A DNA stretch of 64,000 nucleotides from Gemmatimonadales bacterium (GTDB taxonomy: Bacteria > Gemmatimonadota > Gemmatimonadetes > Gemmatimonadales > GWC2-71-9), in contig JBBQXQ010000002.1 in the NCBI GenBank assembly GCA_038209515.1, positions 12,364 through 76,363 of the forward strand, read 5' to 3'. Position 1 is the stretch's first letter; each line of letters opens with the position of its first letter. Positions 62,831-64,000 of this stretch are shown here, piece by piece. A model generated the notes under the pieces. The model made no database searches and was not told the DNA's origin. It saw only the letters and a list, made by a program, of their open reading frames with translations. A program made the position numbers and the translations under genes.

Positions 62831-63259
62831 TCATCGTTTGGTCTGCCTGATACGGAGAACGCCGCCAAGCCAGGCACAGGGCAAGGCGGTGAGCGCGATC
62901 GCGATCGGGTACCAGTCTGGGCCCAGGTGCATCGGCATGGCGGCAATGGCGCCGGCCATGCCAACGATGAACCCAATGACACCCAACGCCCAAACGTGAC
63001 GCATCGGTGAGTGGGGCGCGAGCCTCGCAGTGATGTAGCTTCCGAGAACGGTGTAAATGATGCGATAGGACAACGCCAGAAGGTTCAAGCCCGGGCCGTA
63101 CATCGGCTGGCCCCAAGCTGGATAGACCCGGAGTACGTGCAGCAATTGGTCGGTGCCGAGCGAAAGAACCACGACCGTGATGAACCCCAGGAATACTGCG
63201 CCCACGGAGCGCCAGCGGCGGCGGGGACGCGCATCTGTGTTGGTCCTTGGACGTGTCAT
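62831..63259 (-). CDS. Hypothetical four-TM membrane protein
   Basis: 142 aa. Hydrophobic segments VGAVFLGFITVVVLSLG, LLALSYRIIYTVLGSYI, VWALGVIGFIVGMAGAIAA and IAIALTALPCAWLGGVL. 4-nt overlap with the upstream SRPBCC gene. Confidence 0.7.
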   Translation of the reverse strand: MTRPRTNTDARPRRRWRSVGAVFLGFITVVVLSLGTDQLLHVLRVYPAWGQPMYGPGLNLLALSYRIIYTVLGSYITARLAPHSPMRHVWALGVIGFIVGMAGAIAAMPMHLGPDWYPIAIALTALPCAWLGGVLRIRQTKR

Positions 63260-63768
63260 TTGACTCCCTGGCCCACTCTCGACGCCAACACTTCAGCCAT
63301 CTTGTCGTAGCTCTCGGCGACTCCGGTCAGCATGGGGGTCTTGAGGACGGCATCACGAACCTCCCGCGATGCGTAGCGTACCGTGGTCGTGGCCGTAGTC
63401 TTGCCCCCGCGCTCTACGAAGGTCGTCGTGTCCAGTGCGTCCCCTTCGTACCAGGATTCGTCGAACTTCTCGGTGGCGACGAGCCGTTCGGGCCGGACGA
63501 TCTCTCGATATACGCCGCCCATTCCCATCTCGGCTCCGGTCGGTCCACGCCAGACGAAGCGATAGGCACCGCCCACCCTTAGATCGACCTCGCGGACCGC
63601 GAACGTCCAGTCGCCGCGGACTCCCAACCAACGTTTGAGCAGCTCGGGCCTGGTCCAGGCGTCAAAGACCAGATCGCGGGGAGCAGCAAAGTCGCGTGTC
63701 ATGGCGATCTCCCGCTCCGAGGGCGTGGTGACCTGCAACGTTCCAATGTTCTTGACGGCGTTCGTCAT
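63256..63768 (-). CDS. SRPBCC-superfamily protein (AHSA1/START-like)
   Basis: REIAMTRDFAAPRDLVFDAWTRPELLKRWLG...GGAYRFVWRGPTGAEMGMGGVYREIVRPERLV is the typical Aha1-like bacterial family pattern. Confidence 0.9.
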   Translation of the reverse strand: MTNAVKNIGTLQVTTPSEREIAMTRDFAAPRDLVFDAWTRPELLKRWLGVRGDWTFAVREVDLRVGGAYRFVWRGPTGAEMGMGGVYREIVRPERLVATEKFDESWYEGDALDTTTFVERGGKTTATTTVRYASREVRDAVLKTPMLTGVAESYDKMAEVLASRVGQGVK

Positions 63769-63782
63769 CGGGTGCTCTCCCC

Positions 63783-64000
63783 CTATCGCTTGGTGGACCT
63801 GCCTTTTTTCTGCGTGGTCTTCAACTCTTCGAGCAGGGCGTCGAGACGCTGGTAGTTGCCCTCCCAGAACTCACGGTAGCGCTCCAGCCATTCGGTGGCT
63901 TCCTCGAGCGACTTGGCCTCGAGCCGTCGTGGCCGGCGCTGGGCGTCGCGTCCGCGCGAAATCAGGCCGGCGCGCTCCAGCACCTTGAGATGCTTGGAGA
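63783..64000 (-). CDS. ArsR/SmtB-family transcriptional regulator; the N-terminal part lies beyond the right edge
   Basis: Hand translation from the window edge gives SKHLKVLERAGLISRGRDAQRRPRRLEAKSLEEATEWLERYREFWEGNYQRLDALL. This is the recognition helix (SKHLKVLxxAGL) followed by a C-terminal extension commonly paired with AHSA1-like genes. Confidence 0.85.
   Translation of the reverse strand, partial: SKHLKVLERAGLISRGRDAQRRPRRLEAKSLEEATEWLERYREFWEGNYQRLDALLEELKTTQKKGRSTKR

Noticed and set aside
1-64000. A search by eye for CRISPR arrays, tRNA/rRNA genes, IS elements, integrases and toxin-antitoxin pairs.
   Set aside because: No regularly spaced direct repeats were found. No T-loop/acceptor-stem candidates appear in the larger spacers (22811-23159, 25089-25434, 36657-36904, 54486-54789, 55870-56173). 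No transposase-like or integrase-like translations were found. Small structured RNAs cannot be excluded without covariance models.

Overview
High-GC bacterial chromosome segment. Hand-counted coding lines are mostly about 65-75% GC. An outer-membrane porin, a Wza-like exporter and lipoprotein signal peptides indicate a diderm; the lineage cannot be fixed without a database search. The window is densely coding. I saw no rRNA, tRNA, CRISPR array, transposase or integrase.

(1) 1-22.7 kb is a single uninterrupted minus-strand run of about 25 genes:
- Export: Wza-like exporter and Wzc-like tyrosine autokinase.
- PAPS synthesis and recycling: cysN, cysQ, cysC, cysD.
- Modification module: polysaccharide deacetylase, ACP, SDR, AMP-ligase, LuxE-like, LuxC-like, GNAT-like, FkbM methyltransferase.
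- Regulator: Rrf2.
- Sulfate-import operon: YezD-like, OprO/P-type porin, sbp, cysT, cysW, cysA.
- Left end: a sulfite-oxidase-family enzyme and a sulfotransferase.
I read this as a candidate dedicated sulfation and acylation system for an exported glycan or lipid. It is the most interesting thing in the window.

(2) 23-28.4 kb holds two paralogous lipoproteins of unknown function. They bracket a translationally coupled receiver-domain and GT4 glycosyltransferase pair, next to a very AT-rich promoter region.

(3) 28.6-36.1 kb is an archaeal-style nurA-herA-mre11-rad50 operon with an overlapping GNAT gene at its 3' end.

(4) 36-58.8 kb is mostly housekeeping:
- LuxR-type regulator, MsbA-like ABC exporter, aminotransferase.
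- A DEAD-box/DbpA homolog with all catalytic motifs degenerated.
- HU, tdk, coaE, gcvH-gcvP-lplA.
- A five-gene Dpp/Opp-type ABC importer, CsbD.
- FliA-like sigma factor, RpfG-like REC-HD-GYP regulator.
- PhzF, CsaA, DppA peptidase.

(5) 58.8-64 kb is a lower-GC mosaic patch. It contains a frameshifted alpha/beta hydrolase, small membrane proteins, a 5'-truncated PhnB-like VOC gene remnant, and an ArsR/SRPBCC pair.

Many track ORFs are antisense shadows or N-terminal over-extensions typical of high-GC DNA. Starts were re-picked by hand where homology made that possible.
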